A stretch of DNA of 64,000 nt from an uncultured Terracidiphilus sp. (GCA_964585715.1 CAZPEZ010000004.1:11727-75726), one strand, 5' to 3'. Shown: positions 46,552 through 56,833, counted from the first letter of the stretch. Made by a program: numbers and translations. The notes: a model not told the origin generated them from the letters alone.

Positions 46552-47337
46552 CTAGGGCTTTGGGACGAAATCACTCTCAGACAGGGACGGATTCACAATG
46601 ACGCTGGTGACGCGAAAAGCCGCCCGATAGAAGTCGAAGTAGACGGAATAGGGGATGGTGATCGATCCGGTCGGACGGTAATCGTCGAATAGAAACTCCA
46701 TGTAGGTCTCGTGACCGGGCCGGCCGGCCTGGATTTGCCAGGAACGCAACAGCCCAGTGTCGACCCTGAAGGCAAGGTAGTCGCGGCGTTCTCGCCCCCA
46801 TTCGCTTGTGCCCCAGGCTTGCAGTACACACTCGCCCGGCCCGCCGGTGGACAACTCCAGCCTCCGATAGAGCTGTTGAACGCCCACCAGCAGCAAGGGA
46901 TTGGCCATCATCCGGAATTCCTGATTTTCCGGGTAGTCGTTGTAGGGGAGAGACATGAGTTTCCTGCGCCAGGCCGGCGTGCTGTCTTCATTGTGCGAGA
47001 CACGGCCGTTGTAAAGGCTCCAGTCACTCCCGTCGAAAATGATGGTGGCGGGGCTCAGTAGGTACTGCCTGTTGACGCGGATCCGGTTGGGAGCTTGCCA
47101 CTCAAGTCGATAACGGGAGTGTGCGGTCGATGCCTCGTTGAAGGTGTGGGGCTCGGCGGATGCGGCTCTGATCAGCAGCGAGTGCACCTGTGCGATGGCC
47201 GCCTCCCCGCCCAGAGCATTCCGGTAATGCTGCAAGACTTCTTCCGTTGTGCCGCAGTCGGTTGCAGACTGAGCGGCAATCGTCGGGCCGGGGGTTGCGA
47301 GAAGCAGGGCGTAGACGAAGACGCGCGGAATCTTCAT
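46552..47337 (-). CDS. hypothetical exported protein (LolA-like fold possible)
   Basis: Signal peptide; ALGGEAAI, DTGLL, FDDYR, VNPSL. Confidence 0.65.
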   Translation of the reverse strand: MKIPRVFVYALLLATPGPTIAAQSATDCGTTEEVLQHYRNALGGEAAIAQVHSLLIRAASAEPHTFNEASTAHSRYRLEWQAPNRIRVNRQYLLSPATIIFDGSDWSLYNGRVSHNEDSTPAWRRKLMSLPYNDYPENQEFRMMANPLLLVGVQQLYRRLELSTGGPGECVLQAWGTSEWGRERRDYLAFRVDTGLLRSWQIQAGRPGHETYMEFLFDDYRPTGSITIPYSVYFDFYRAAFRVTSVIVNPSLSESDFVPKP

Positions 47338-47504
47338 GCAATGACTTCTCCGGCAGCGGGTATGACCGCCCGCAAATTCACGGGCTCTTCTGTAAGGTAT
47401 GTCTATCAAAGGAGTGCAGAGTGAGTTGCCAGGGTGAATGTCACCAATCGAAGAATTCCCATCGGCGGTCGCTTCCAGGCGTTGCGCGGGCACTCATCAA
47501 GCTG

Positions 47505-48398
47505 CTACTTCTGCGGCTTCTGCGCCGGCGGCTGTCCCTGTGGATTCTGTGGGCTCTGCGGCGTGATGTCCTGTCCCTCGTAAATGATCTTTGACGTCGA
47601 CCCGAACCGCTTGTAGTCAGAGTATTTGATGATGTCGCGTAGGTGCACGTCCTGCGCCATGTAGCCGCTGCCGCCCGCAAAGTGCAACACACCTTCGCCC
47701 TTCGTATATACCGGGAACCAATAGTGCCCATCGATCTGCGCTCGCCACGTCATGAATGGAGGGTGCAGGTCCTCTTTGCCTCGGCGTGTATCGTCCGGTA
47801 CCATCCGGCCGTTGGTCACCACGATCTGCAGGTCCTGCGCATCCACCCAGATACGCCCGTCTAAGTACCGCTTGTTCTTCTCAATCTGCTTGGGGCTCAC
47901 GTCGAAGACGTAGCAATCGACCTCATCCACTTTTTGCCGGCCGACATACTTCACGTTGTAGGCGGTGATTGCCTCGGCCGTGAGCACAAACGGATAGCCG
48001 TGCTGAATGTCCTGAAAATCTGACGGCGACATCATCACGCGTTGCAACGAGCTGCCCGGCGCGAACACCACTTTCTCCGTCCGCTTGCCCGCTGAGTCAA
48101 AGATCACATCGTCCACTTCGTAATACTCGCCGTCTACTTTATTGTCATCGTCTACCGTCTGCACACGGGCCGTGCGCCGGTAGGTGTAGTGGTTCAGCGC
48201 GTCCTGGAACTCCGACTCTTTGGCGGCAAACTCTTTGATGATCTGGTCCGGAGGTGTTGTCGGCTCAGATAGATCCATCCGGCCGAATCCCGAATCCAGT
48301 GGCATCGGCGTGAAGCTGTCCTTATCCTGCCCGAGGGCCGTCAGCGAGAGCGCGCATAGAGCCAAAAGAAGCTGGCGTAACCAACTAAATTTCATCAT
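47505..48398 (-). CDS. hypothetical exported protein (lipoprotein-sorting-like)
   Basis: Signal peptide; YTYRR, CYVFDVSPK, GRIWVD, YWFP, YSDYKRF. Confidence 0.75.
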   Translation of the reverse strand: MMKFSWLRQLLLALCALSLTALGQDKDSFTPMPLDSGFGRMDLSEPTTPPDQIIKEFAAKESEFQDALNHYTYRRTARVQTVDDDNKVDGEYYEVDDVIFDSAGKRTEKVVFAPGSSLQRVMMSPSDFQDIQHGYPFVLTAEAITAYNVKYVGRQKVDEVDCYVFDVSPKQIEKNKRYLDGRIWVDAQDLQIVVTNGRMVPDDTRRGKEDLHPPFMTWRAQIDGHYWFPVYTKGEGVLHFAGGSGYMAQDVHLRDIIKYSDYKRFGSTSKIIYEGQDITPQSPQNPQGQPPAQKPQK

Positions 48399-48743
48399 CG
48401 ACCTCGCTTTGACCTGGGGATAATCTTGATGCCTTCTATATCTACAACATTAGACGCATGTACAGGCTGGGCGTATGGTTGAACAATAAGCCGTGGCAGC
48501 GCTCGGGGGAGGGGTGTGTCGCTGGATTCTGCCTGCGCCATTGAAGCCCCCCGGTCCGATAAAGCGCAATGTTGAGTTCCATTTGCCGCACGCACCGCGC
48601 AACCTCATTGTATGTTGATTTAGACTGCTCCCTCTTCCACCATCCCCACTGGCAAGGCTGAGGCATTGCATTGCTGAGGGCGCCATCTGCCCCAGTCGTG
48701 TGAACAGGTTCTAAACCAGAGGTTCAAGGAGAACCAAACAAAG

Positions 48744-50765
48744 ATGTCCGACGGCTACCAGCTCCCCGCATTCGTTTTGACGGTGCTGTTGCTGCCGGCG
48801 TTCGCGTACGTCTACGTGCGCTGGCGCGATAAGCGGGCCCTGCTCTGGTTTCTTGGATTCCTCTTCGCCTGCATTCGGATGGCGCAGGTCTTTCCGTTCG
48901 GTTCCTGGAACTTTTCCAGCGCGGTGGGTCACCCCTGGATCGCCGTAGTAGGGCAGACCGCGGCGATCCTGAGCGCCACGATCTTTCTCGGCTCGTTTTC
49001 GCCCCTGTCTTTTCCGTACCGGGGACGCCGCATTCCCTACGCCGTGCCCTTCGCCGTTCCGCTGGTGCTCTATGCCGTTCTACTGGACGGCGTCTACCAC
49101 GGCGAAATGCCGATCAGCATCGCCTTCTTCATCTTTCCCGCTCTCGGTGCACTCGCTCTCTTTGTCGGATGCTTCTGGGCTTTTTCTCGCGGCAGCATGC
49201 CGTCGGCGCTCGGTCTCACCCTCTGCATTGCTCTCGGCGGTCTCGGCTTCTGGATCTGCATCTCGGTCCGGGGGAGCTGGCCGCTGGTTTTCGTCGAGTG
49301 CGCCCTTCATCTGACCACGGCTCTTGTCATCTTCTATCTGTTCCGGCGTTTCTCGCCCGGAACTACTCTGTCCGCGTTTGGCTTCTTTGTCTGGACATTG
49401 AATGGGATCGGGATTGTGCCGTCCCTCGCAGGCGGTCCGGACGTTCTCCTCTGGGTCATGCGCGCATCGGTCATGGGCAAGGCTGTCGCGGCGGTAGGCT
49501 TGCTCGTTCTTGCCTTCGAAGAAGAGCTGGCCCGCAAACAAACTATCCAGGACCGCGAACGCCATGCGCGCAATGAACTGGAAGCGTACAGCAAAATCGT
49601 GCTCTCGCGTCGCCGCGTGGAAGACTTCGATCGGCAGTCGAACGCGGTCTGCCAGACGATCACCGCCCATAGCCGTTTTGCTCAGGCCGCGCTCATTCTG
49701 CTGCAGCCTTCCGGACAGTATCGTCTCGTTGGGGCTTCGGGCTTCGATGAGCCTGCACTCACCGCACTCGAATCGCTCACCACGCGCATTGAGGCTCTCG
49801 GCTTTCTCGCACCCGGCTCCAAGCCATCGGCAGCCGAAGGCAGCCGCTCGTTTGTGCTCAGCCTCGATCCATGGCTTGTGCCAGGTGATGATCTCGAACG
49901 TCTCCACCTGACGCAGGTCACTGCGGTTCCGTTTGCCGGCCGATCCGATACCGAGGGGGCATTGTTTCTGGCTGGGATGCGCGATCCGAACGGGCCGCTC
50001 GAGGCCAGCGAACTCTTCCCCGTCGAGGTCCTCGCCACGCGCCTGCAGGCCTCGCGGAATCAGACCTTGATGCTCGAGAAGATGGTCGAGGCAGAAAAGG
50101 CCGCAGGTCTCAACCAGCTCGCCAACAACGTCACCCGTCAGTTGAACAATCCGCTCACAGTCATCCTTGGCTACGCCTCGCTGCTTGAGGTCACACCGGC
50201 CATGAATCCTCAGGAGCGCAAAGGCGTCGAGGCTGTCCTGACCGAAGCGCGGAACATGCGCGCCGTCCTCGAAAACCTAGCTCGCGGGTCTCGATCTCAG
50301 GGCGATCAGTTCACTGCTATCTCTGTCACCGAGCTGCTCAACGATATGGAGCAACTCCACCGCTCCGAGTTCCTGCATCGCAACATCGATTTTCGTCTGC
50401 AGATCGCGTCCACACTTCCGCGCGCCTTGGGCAATGCACAGCAGGTGCGCCAGGCTGTGCTCTACTGCCTCCAGTTCGCTATCGAAGCGGTCGAAAACCT
50501 CGATCTCCCCGGCGAGAAATCCGTCCGCATCGAGGCCACCGTCGAAAACGGTTCGGTAAAAATCCTGATCGCTCACACCGGTCCCGGCTTCCTTCACCCT
50601 GCACGCGCCTTCGATCCCTTTGTCCCGGCGCAGGCTGCGGGCGAAACCGCCGGCCTTGGTCTGAGCCTGTGCGCGACCATCCTGCGCGAAAACAACGGCC
50701 GCATCTCCGCCATGAACTTCGAACCCCGCGGCGCCGGCATCGTCCTCGAACTCCAGGCCGCCTGA
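48744..50765 (+). CDS. membrane sensor histidine-kinase-like protein with degenerate catalytic motifs
   Basis: Many N-terminal TM helices, GAF-like middle, HisKA-like LNNPLTVILGYA, HATPase-like FDPF...GLGLSLC. Confidence 0.82.
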   Translation: MSDGYQLPAFVLTVLLLPAFAYVYVRWRDKRALLWFLGFLFACIRMAQVFPFGSWNFSSAVGHPWIAVVGQTAAILSATIFLGSFSPLSFPYRGRRIPYAVPFAVPLVLYAVLLDGVYHGEMPISIAFFIFPALGALALFVGCFWAFSRGSMPSALGLTLCIALGGLGFWICISVRGSWPLVFVECALHLTTALVIFYLFRRFSPGTTLSAFGFFVWTLNGIGIVPSLAGGPDVLLWVMRASVMGKAVAAVGLLVLAFEEELARKQTIQDRERHARNELEAYSKIVLSRRRVEDFDRQSNAVCQTITAHSRFAQAALILLQPSGQYRLVGASGFDEPALTALESLTTRIEALGFLAPGSKPSAAEGSRSFVLSLDPWLVPGDDLERLHLTQVTAVPFAGRSDTEGALFLAGMRDPNGPLEASELFPVEVLATRLQASRNQTLMLEKMVEAEKAAGLNQLANNVTRQLNNPLTVILGYASLLEVTPAMNPQERKGVEAVLTEARNMRAVLENLARGSRSQGDQFTAISVTELLNDMEQLHRSEFLHRNIDFRLQIASTLPRALGNAQQVRQAVLYCLQFAIEAVENLDLPGEKSVRIEATVENGSVKILIAHTGPGFLHPARAFDPFVPAQAAGETAGLGLSLCATILRENNGRISAMNFEPRGAGIVLELQAA

Positions 50766-50778
50766 AGTACGGAGGGAG

Positions 50779-50830
50779 CAGTGGCCTTCAGGCCACTGGA
50801 TACGGCTGGGGAAAGGCGGGCTTCAGCCCC
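50779..50830. repeat. REP-like palindromic pair
   Basis: CAGTGGCC-TTCA-GGCCACTG and GGGC-TTCA-GCCC share the same TTCA loop; intergenic. Confidence 0.5.
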
Positions 50831-50945
50831 GGAGAACGATACCTGTTCAATTGCAGACGTTGAAACAGCTAGCTTCCGCCCTTTCGCTTGTCTCCCCGTT
50901 GTAGACTTGATGCTTCGCATTGACTACGCGGCTTCGGGGACCACT

Positions 50946-53165
50946 ATGTACAAAATCACCCTCGCTCTCTTGCTCTTCTCAACCTTCGCATCCGCACAAA
51001 CCACACAGGCTCCAGTCACAGCGAGTGGCCCCAAGCGTCCCATGACCTTCGAAGACATGATGGCCATGAAGCGCCTCGGCGACACCGCCGTCTCGCCCGA
51101 TGGCAAGTGGCTGGCCTACGCTGTAACAACCGTCGATCTCAACCAAAACACCAAAACCACGGAGTGGTGGCTGCAAAAGATCGATGGCGGCGACCCATTG
51201 AAGGTCGCGGTATCCCAGCCCGGTGACTCTGGTATCCAGTTCTCATCCGACGGGCACTCCGTGCTCTTTCTTTCCGGCCGCGAGGGCGGACAGCAAGTGT
51301 GGCTCGCCGATTTCGATTCCGCCACTGGCGCAACCAGCAACGCGAAGAAACTCACCGGCATTTCGACCGAAGCCGACAACGCCAAATGGTCGCCGGACTC
51401 GAAGTTCATCGTCTTCACCTCAGCCGTCTATCCCGACTGCCCGGCGATCACCCTCACCGACAGCTCCGGGGACAGGTGCAATGCCGACAAGGACGCCCGT
51501 GCGGCCAGCTCCAAGGTCAAGGCACAGATCTTCACCCACCTCCTCTACCGCCATTGGAATCACTACACCGGCGACAAGAGGTCCCATCTGTTTCTGGTCG
51601 ACGTGGCCGGCGGCGCGATCTGCGATCTCGCACCCAACGATCCGCGCGACGTGCCGCCCGAGTACCCGACGGAGCCCCTGGGCTGCGGCTGTGCCATCTC
51701 TCCCGATTCGAAAGAACTGGCCTTCACTGAGAATCGCGATCCGGAGCCGGCCATCTCCACCAACGCCGACATCTTTACCCTCGACCTGACCAACCCGGCC
51801 GCTAAGCCTGTGAAGGTCTCTACCTCGCCCGGTGGCGACTTCTCGCCGGCCTACTCACCCGATGGCAAATACCTGGCATGGCGCTCGCAAGCGCGGGCTG
51901 GCTACGAATCCGACAAGTTCCGCCTCGTGTTGTATGACCGCGAGAAGAAGACGACCCACGACTTGTTGCCGAATCTAGGCAACTGGGTCAATGAGTTCGC
52001 GTGGGGACCTGGAAATTCCAGTGTGATCTACTACACCACTAACTCAGTTGGCGAATCGCCGATCTTTGCGCTGAATGTAATTGATGGGAAGCCGAACCCG
52101 AAACCAGCCTTTCTGACGGAGGATGGGGAATACAGCGATCTGCACCCCACGCCCGACGGGAAGACGATTGTCGCAGCTCGCATGAGCGTACGCGAGCCGA
52201 GCGAGGTGATGACGCTAGACTCCGCTTGGGTGGGGCACACTCTTTTCGACGTGAGCATCATCGATAAAGAAGGGAAGCCCATTGAGATAGGCGCGAATTC
52301 ACAGATTCTGGATGCACGACAACTCACTCACCTCAACGACGCCCTTCTCGCCCAACTCGATCTCCCCAAGATGGAGTCCTTCTGGTTCACTGCCGCTGAC
52401 GGCGTCAAGGTCCAGGGCTTCCTCATCCGTCCTCCTAACTTCGACTCCGCAAAGAAATACCCGCTGAGATTCCTTATCCACGGCGGACCTCAAGGTGCAT
52501 GGGGCGACATGTGGTCCTATCGCTGGAACGCCGAACTCTTTGCCGCCAACGGCTACGTCGTCCTGATGATCAATCCGCGCGGGTCCACGGGCTATGGGCA
52601 GGCCTTCGTCGACGGCGTCAACAACGACTGGGGCGGCAAGCCCTTCACCGACCTCATGACCGGCCTCACGTACGCCGAAGAGCACTACAGCTTCATCGAC
52701 AAGACGCGAGAGTGCGCTCTCGGCGCCAGCTACGGCGGCTACATGGCCAACTGGGTCCTCGGCCACACCAACCGCTTCAAATGCATCGTCTCCCACGACG
52801 GCATGTTCAACGCCGAATCGGCCTTTGGTTCGACCGAAGAGGACTGGTTCAATCAGTGGGAGTTCAGAGGGAACCCGTGGGACTATTACGGCAAACCTGA
52901 TAGCGAAAACCCGTTCAGAAAGTGGTCGCCGTCGCTCTCCGCCAAAAACTTCAAGACGCCTACGCTCGTCATTCACAGCCAACTCGACTACCGCCTCGAT
53001 GTCTCCGAGGGTTTCCAGCTCTTTGATACCCTGCAGCTTCTGCACGTCCCCAGCAAGATGCTCTACTTTCCCGATGAAGGGCACTGGATCCTCAAGCCGC
53101 AAAACTCCCGTCTCTGGTACAAGACCGTGAACGACTGGGTCGACCAGTGGACGAAGCTCGAGTAG
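50946..53165 (+). CDS. S9-family (prolyl oligo-/acylaminoacyl) peptidase, exported
   Basis: SPDG propeller repeats, IHGGPQ, GASYGG, LDYR, FPDEGH. Confidence 0.93.
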   Translation: MYKITLALLLFSTFASAQTTQAPVTASGPKRPMTFEDMMAMKRLGDTAVSPDGKWLAYAVTTVDLNQNTKTTEWWLQKIDGGDPLKVAVSQPGDSGIQFSSDGHSVLFLSGREGGQQVWLADFDSATGATSNAKKLTGISTEADNAKWSPDSKFIVFTSAVYPDCPAITLTDSSGDRCNADKDARAASSKVKAQIFTHLLYRHWNHYTGDKRSHLFLVDVAGGAICDLAPNDPRDVPPEYPTEPLGCGCAISPDSKELAFTENRDPEPAISTNADIFTLDLTNPAAKPVKVSTSPGGDFSPAYSPDGKYLAWRSQARAGYESDKFRLVLYDREKKTTHDLLPNLGNWVNEFAWGPGNSSVIYYTTNSVGESPIFALNVIDGKPNPKPAFLTEDGEYSDLHPTPDGKTIVAARMSVREPSEVMTLDSAWVGHTLFDVSIIDKEGKPIEIGANSQILDARQLTHLNDALLAQLDLPKMESFWFTAADGVKVQGFLIRPPNFDSAKKYPLRFLIHGGPQGAWGDMWSYRWNAELFAANGYVVLMINPRGSTGYGQAFVDGVNNDWGGKPFTDLMTGLTYAEEHYSFIDKTRECALGASYGGYMANWVLGHTNRFKCIVSHDGMFNAESAFGSTEEDWFNQWEFRGNPWDYYGKPDSENPFRKWSPSLSAKNFKTPTLVIHSQLDYRLDVSEGFQLFDTLQLLHVPSKMLYFPDEGHWILKPQNSRLWYKTVNDWVDQWTKLE

Positions 53166-53168
53166 GCC

Positions 53169-53198
53169 GTACTACAAATCTTCGATTTGTAGTACAAT
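53169..53198 (+). promoter_or_regulatory. TA operator overlapping the -10 box
   Basis: Perfect 12-bp inverted repeat GTACTACAAATC-TTC-GATTTGTAGTAC overlapping TACAAT, which ends 7 nt before the ATG. Confidence 0.75.
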
Positions 53199-53205
53199 CA
53201 GATTC

Positions 53206-53481
53206 ATGAAGGCCACCATACAAGCCCGGTTGGACGAAGAAACGCAAGCGGCCCTCAATCTTCTCGTGCGCTGCCACGGGCTGAAGCCGTCCGAAGTCGT
53301 GCGACAAGGCATCCGCCTGGTAGTGAAACAGGTCGAAAGCGCCAAGCCGGTCGAGATTATCGGTCTTGGAAAATATGACTCCGGCCTGGCTGACCTGTCG
53401 ACAAACAAGAAGTATATGGAAGGTTTCGGAAGTCATTCGCGCATGAAGGGCGAGTCGGGAAAAAAGGGAAAAGGCCGCTGA
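53206..53481 (+). CDS. RHH-like antitoxin (VapB-like)
   Basis: TIQARLD...SEVVRQGI; DLSTNKKYMEGFG; upstream of a PIN gene. Confidence 0.8.
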   Translation: MKATIQARLDEETQAALNLLVRCHGLKPSEVVRQGIRLVVKQVESAKPVEIIGLGKYDSGLADLSTNKKYMEGFGSHSRMKGESGKKGKGR

Positions 53482-53482
53482 A

Positions 53483-53899
53483 GTGACGCCGGTTCTGCTA
53501 GACAGCAGCGTCCTCGTGGCTTGGCTGGACAAGCGCGATCGCTGGCATCCCAAATGCGCGGCGATCCGGCCGAGACTTAGGCCACCCTTGATGAGCTGCG
53601 AAGCTGTCATCGCTGAAAGCTGTTATCTACTGCGAGAAATCGACGGTGCCGCGGAAGATGTCCTGGCAAACGTCGCCAGCGGAACATTTCAGATTCCTTT
53701 TCAGCTCTCCGTCAGCGCAAGCGAAGTTCAAAGAATCCTCCATAAATACCGCGACGCTCCCGCCGATTTTGCCGATGCCTGCCTGATCGCCATGGCGGAA
53801 AAACTCGACACGGGCGATATTCTTACCCTCGATAGCGATTTCACCCACTATCGTTGGAAGCGGACCCGACGATTTCATTTATTGATCCCTCTGGAGTAG
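53483..53899 (+). CDS. vapC: PIN-domain toxin (VapC-like)
   Basis: LLDSSV, VIAE, DFADA, TLDSDF acidic residues. Confidence 0.9.
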   Translation: MTPVLLDSSVLVAWLDKRDRWHPKCAAIRPRLRPPLMSCEAVIAESCYLLREIDGAAEDVLANVASGTFQIPFQLSVSASEVQRILHKYRDAPADFADACLIAMAEKLDTGDILTLDSDFTHYRWKRTRRFHLLIPLE

Positions 53900-53907
53900 C
53901 GCGCGCC

Positions 53908-54477
53908 ATGCCCTTCGGCCGCAAATCCGGAAAGGCGAAATCCTTTCTCGGCGAAGCCGGGCTCTACGACTACGCCGTCAAGGCCCTCGGCCGCCAGATG
54001 CGCACCACGGCCAACCTGCGCCGCCTCATGCAGCAGCGAGCAGAACCCGGCGATTCAGGCGAATCGGCCATCGACGCCGTACTCAAGCGCCTCAAGGAGA
54101 ATGGATATCTCAACGATGCTGCCTTTGCCGAGACCTTTACGCGCCTGCGCAAGGAGAACGAGAAGTTCGGTCAGCGGCGCGTTCAGCAGGATCTGCGCAA
54201 CAAAGGCGTGCCCACGAACCTGATCGCCACAACTGTGGACGCAGCCTACGCCGAGACCAACGAAGAAACCCTCGCCCGCCAGCACCTCGAGCGCAAACGC
54301 ATTCCCAAGCCAACCAACGAGAAAGAAACTGCCCGCGTGATGCGCCGACTCGTCGGCGCCGGATTCTCAACCGGCGTCATCTACAAGATCCTCCGTCAGT
54401 GGAACGTTCCCGACGAATCCCTCGTTGCCCTCGACAACCTGGGTCCAGAAGACGTGGGTGAAGACCCGCACGAATGA
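53908..54477 (+). CDS. recX: RecX regulatory protein
   Basis: YAVKALG, GYLNDAAFA, FGQRRVQQDLRNKGV, LVGAGFS. Confidence 0.88.
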   Translation: MPFGRKSGKAKSFLGEAGLYDYAVKALGRQMRTTANLRRLMQQRAEPGDSGESAIDAVLKRLKENGYLNDAAFAETFTRLRKENEKFGQRRVQQDLRNKGVPTNLIATTVDAAYAETNEETLARQHLERKRIPKPTNEKETARVMRRLVGAGFSTGVIYKILRQWNVPDESLVALDNLGPEDVGEDPHE

Positions 54478-54545
54478 ACTTATCCATTCATCGTTGCGTA
54501 GCTCTTAGGGTGTAGAGTGACTTGCTAGGGTTCAGCGGAGTCTCA

Positions 54546-55502
54546 ATGGCGTCTGCTCCGGCGGTTCCGGTTTCTTCTTCCGCAACATTGCCTCTTTCGA
54601 TCGACGGTCTCGTGAAGCGCTTCGGCGCGCTCACCGCTGTCGACGGTGTCTCGCTCGATGTCCGCCAGAGCGAATGCCTGGGTCTACTGGGTCCGAACGG
54701 TGCCGGCAAATCCACGGTGATTCGCGCCATTGTCGGCCGCGTCATTCCCGACTCCGGCAGCATCACCCTCTTTGGCGCGCGTGCCGACTCGACTGCCGCA
54801 CGCGAATCCCTCGGCTGGGTCCCGCAGGAATTGGCCATCTATCCGCGCCTCACCTGCCGCGAAAACCTCACCGCCTTTGGCCGCTATCACGGTCTGGCAG
54901 GCAAGCAGTTGGCCGAGTCGGTCGCGTGGTGTCTCGACTGGGCCGCTCTGCAGGATCGTGCCAAGGACCTCGCAGGCAAGCTCTCCGGTGGCATGAAGCG
55001 CCGCCTCAATATGGCTGCGGGTATCATCCATCGGCCGCGTGTGGTTCTGATGGACGAACCGACCGTCGGTGTCGATCCGCAGTCGCGCAACCGCATCTTC
55101 GAAATGATCGAGGCTCTGCGGGCGCAGGGAACAGCCATCGTCTACACCACACATTACATGGAAGAAGCCGAGCGGCTCTGCGATCGCATCGCCATCATCG
55201 ATCACGGCCGCATCATCGCACTCGGCACAAAAGAGGAATTAGTGCACAACGCATTCGCCTCGCGCAGCCAGGTGCTGGCACGCTTCGCCGGTTCAGAAGA
55301 TCGGATCGCCGCGTGGGTCGAGAGCCATGGCGGCCGCATCGTTGACTCAACTGCGGAATTCACGATCGAGCGTTCGATCGAGATTGGGACTCTACTGGAA
55401 TCCGCCGCGAAAGACGGCTTCGAACTCGAAGATGTCTCTCTCCGTCGCCCGAATCTAGAGTCGGTCTTTCTCCACCTCACAGGAAGGGAGCTGCGCGAAT
55501 GA
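54546..55502 (+). CDS. ABC-2 exporter ATP-binding subunit
   Basis: GPNGAGKST, LSGGMKRR, MDEPTVGVD, TTHYMEEAERLCDR. Confidence 0.93.
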   Translation: MASAPAVPVSSSATLPLSIDGLVKRFGALTAVDGVSLDVRQSECLGLLGPNGAGKSTVIRAIVGRVIPDSGSITLFGARADSTAARESLGWVPQELAIYPRLTCRENLTAFGRYHGLAGKQLAESVAWCLDWAALQDRAKDLAGKLSGGMKRRLNMAAGIIHRPRVVLMDEPTVGVDPQSRNRIFEMIEALRAQGTAIVYTTHYMEEAERLCDRIAIIDHGRIIALGTKEELVHNAFASRSQVLARFAGSEDRIAAWVESHGGRIVDSTAEFTIERSIEIGTLLESAAKDGFELEDVSLRRPNLESVFLHLTGRELRE

Positions 55503-56788
55503 TCCTTCCAATCGTCCGCACCGCCTTAGTCTCCTTGCGCCGCGATCGTGCCGCGCTGGCGCTTGCCTTTATGCTCCCCGTCGGCTTCTTCACCATCTTT
55601 GCCGTGATCTTTGGCGGCATGCACGACACCACGCCCAAAATCACCGTGATCCTGGTGGACGAAGACCAGAGCGCTGCCTCGCACCAGCTTGCACAGGGCC
55701 TCGAGCGGGAAGCCTCCCTGACCGTGCTGCTGCGGCCCGCATCGAAAGAGAAGTCCGCCCAGCCGGATTACACTGCGGCCACCGCGGAAGCTGCCGTGAA
55801 AGCCGGCGATTCGCCGGTCGCACTCATCATCCCCAAGAGCTTCGGCCAGCATCCAATCGCCTTCGGTCCCTCGGAAAACGCGACCCAAATCGAATTGCTC
55901 AACGACGCGAGCGACATGATCGCCCCGCAGGTTGTCTCCGGACTTCTGCAGAAAGCAGCGATGACATCGATGCCCGTCACGATGGCCGAGCAGGGCATGA
56001 AGTACACCGATCGCTACATTGGCGGGCTTACGCCGGCTCAGCGCAAAACCATGGAGTCCAATCTTGACGACCTGCGCAAGCTGCAAAGCTCCGGATCGCT
56101 GAACACGGCCAGTTCTTCGGCTGGCGGGTTCAGTGGCGGCATTGTCTCTGTTCACGCGCGCGCCGTCGTGGGCGAAGACAAGAAGAGCCCGGCAGTGTCG
56201 TACTATGCTGCGGCCGTTGGCGTCATGTTTCTATTGTTCACGGCCAGCGGATCGGCAGGAGCACTGCTCGACGAAGCTGAATCCGGTACGCTCGATCGTG
56301 TCTTGAGCTCGCGCGTGACCATGACCTCGCTGCTCGCTGGCAAGCTCACCTACAACACGCTTCTTGCGTTTACGCAGCTCACAGTCATGTTCGTGTGGGC
56401 GTCGGCCGTCTTCCACGTCGACCTGGCCGGCCATATCCCCGGCTTCATCGTGATGGGGATCAGCACCGCCGTCGCCGTGGCAGCCTTCGGCATGTTGCTT
56501 GCCAGTATGTGCCACACGCGCGCGCAGCTGGGGGCAATCTCTACGCTGCTCATTCTCGCCATGTCGTCGATCGGCGGCAGCATGTTTCCTCGTTACCTGA
56601 TGCCTGAGAATATGCAGAAAGCCGGCATGTTCACCATAAATGCCTGGGCCATCGAAGGGTTCACCAAGGTCTTCTGGCGCGACCTTCCTGTTACTGCCCT
56701 GTGGCAGCAGGTGTCGGTTCTTATCGGTGTCGCCATCGTGCTCTTTCTGGTCGCGCGGCGCATCGCTCGCCGCTGGGAGTTTGCCTGA
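55499..56788 (+). CDS. ABC-2 exporter permease
   Basis: N-terminal TM, extracytoplasmic domain, EAESGTLDRVL, GGSMFP; 4-bp overlap with the ATPase gene. Confidence 0.9.
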   Translation: MILPIVRTALVSLRRDRAALALAFMLPVGFFTIFAVIFGGMHDTTPKITVILVDEDQSAASHQLAQGLEREASLTVLLRPASKEKSAQPDYTAATAEAAVKAGDSPVALIIPKSFGQHPIAFGPSENATQIELLNDASDMIAPQVVSGLLQKAAMTSMPVTMAEQGMKYTDRYIGGLTPAQRKTMESNLDDLRKLQSSGSLNTASSSAGGFSGGIVSVHARAVVGEDKKSPAVSYYAAAVGVMFLLFTASGSAGALLDEAESGTLDRVLSSRVTMTSLLAGKLTYNTLLAFTQLTVMFVWASAVFHVDLAGHIPGFIVMGISTAVAVAAFGMLLASMCHTRAQLGAISTLLILAMSSIGGSMFPRYLMPENMQKAGMFTINAWAIEGFTKVFWRDLPVTALWQQVSVLIGVAIVLFLVARRIARRWEFA

Positions 56789-56833
56789 TCCCTTCGGCGA
56801 CTCCAAGTGTGAATCTCGGGCCTGCACCTCGTT

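Noticed and set aside
48650-48665. sigma54-like TGGCAAGGCTGAGGC upstream of the pseudokinase
   Set aside because: GG-N10-GC spacing is present, but the TT before GC and the CAC core are missing; too weak to call.
48399-48743. 345-bp intergenic region as an ncRNA
   Set aside because: It is a divergent promoter region; I recognised no RNA family motif or convincing terminator.
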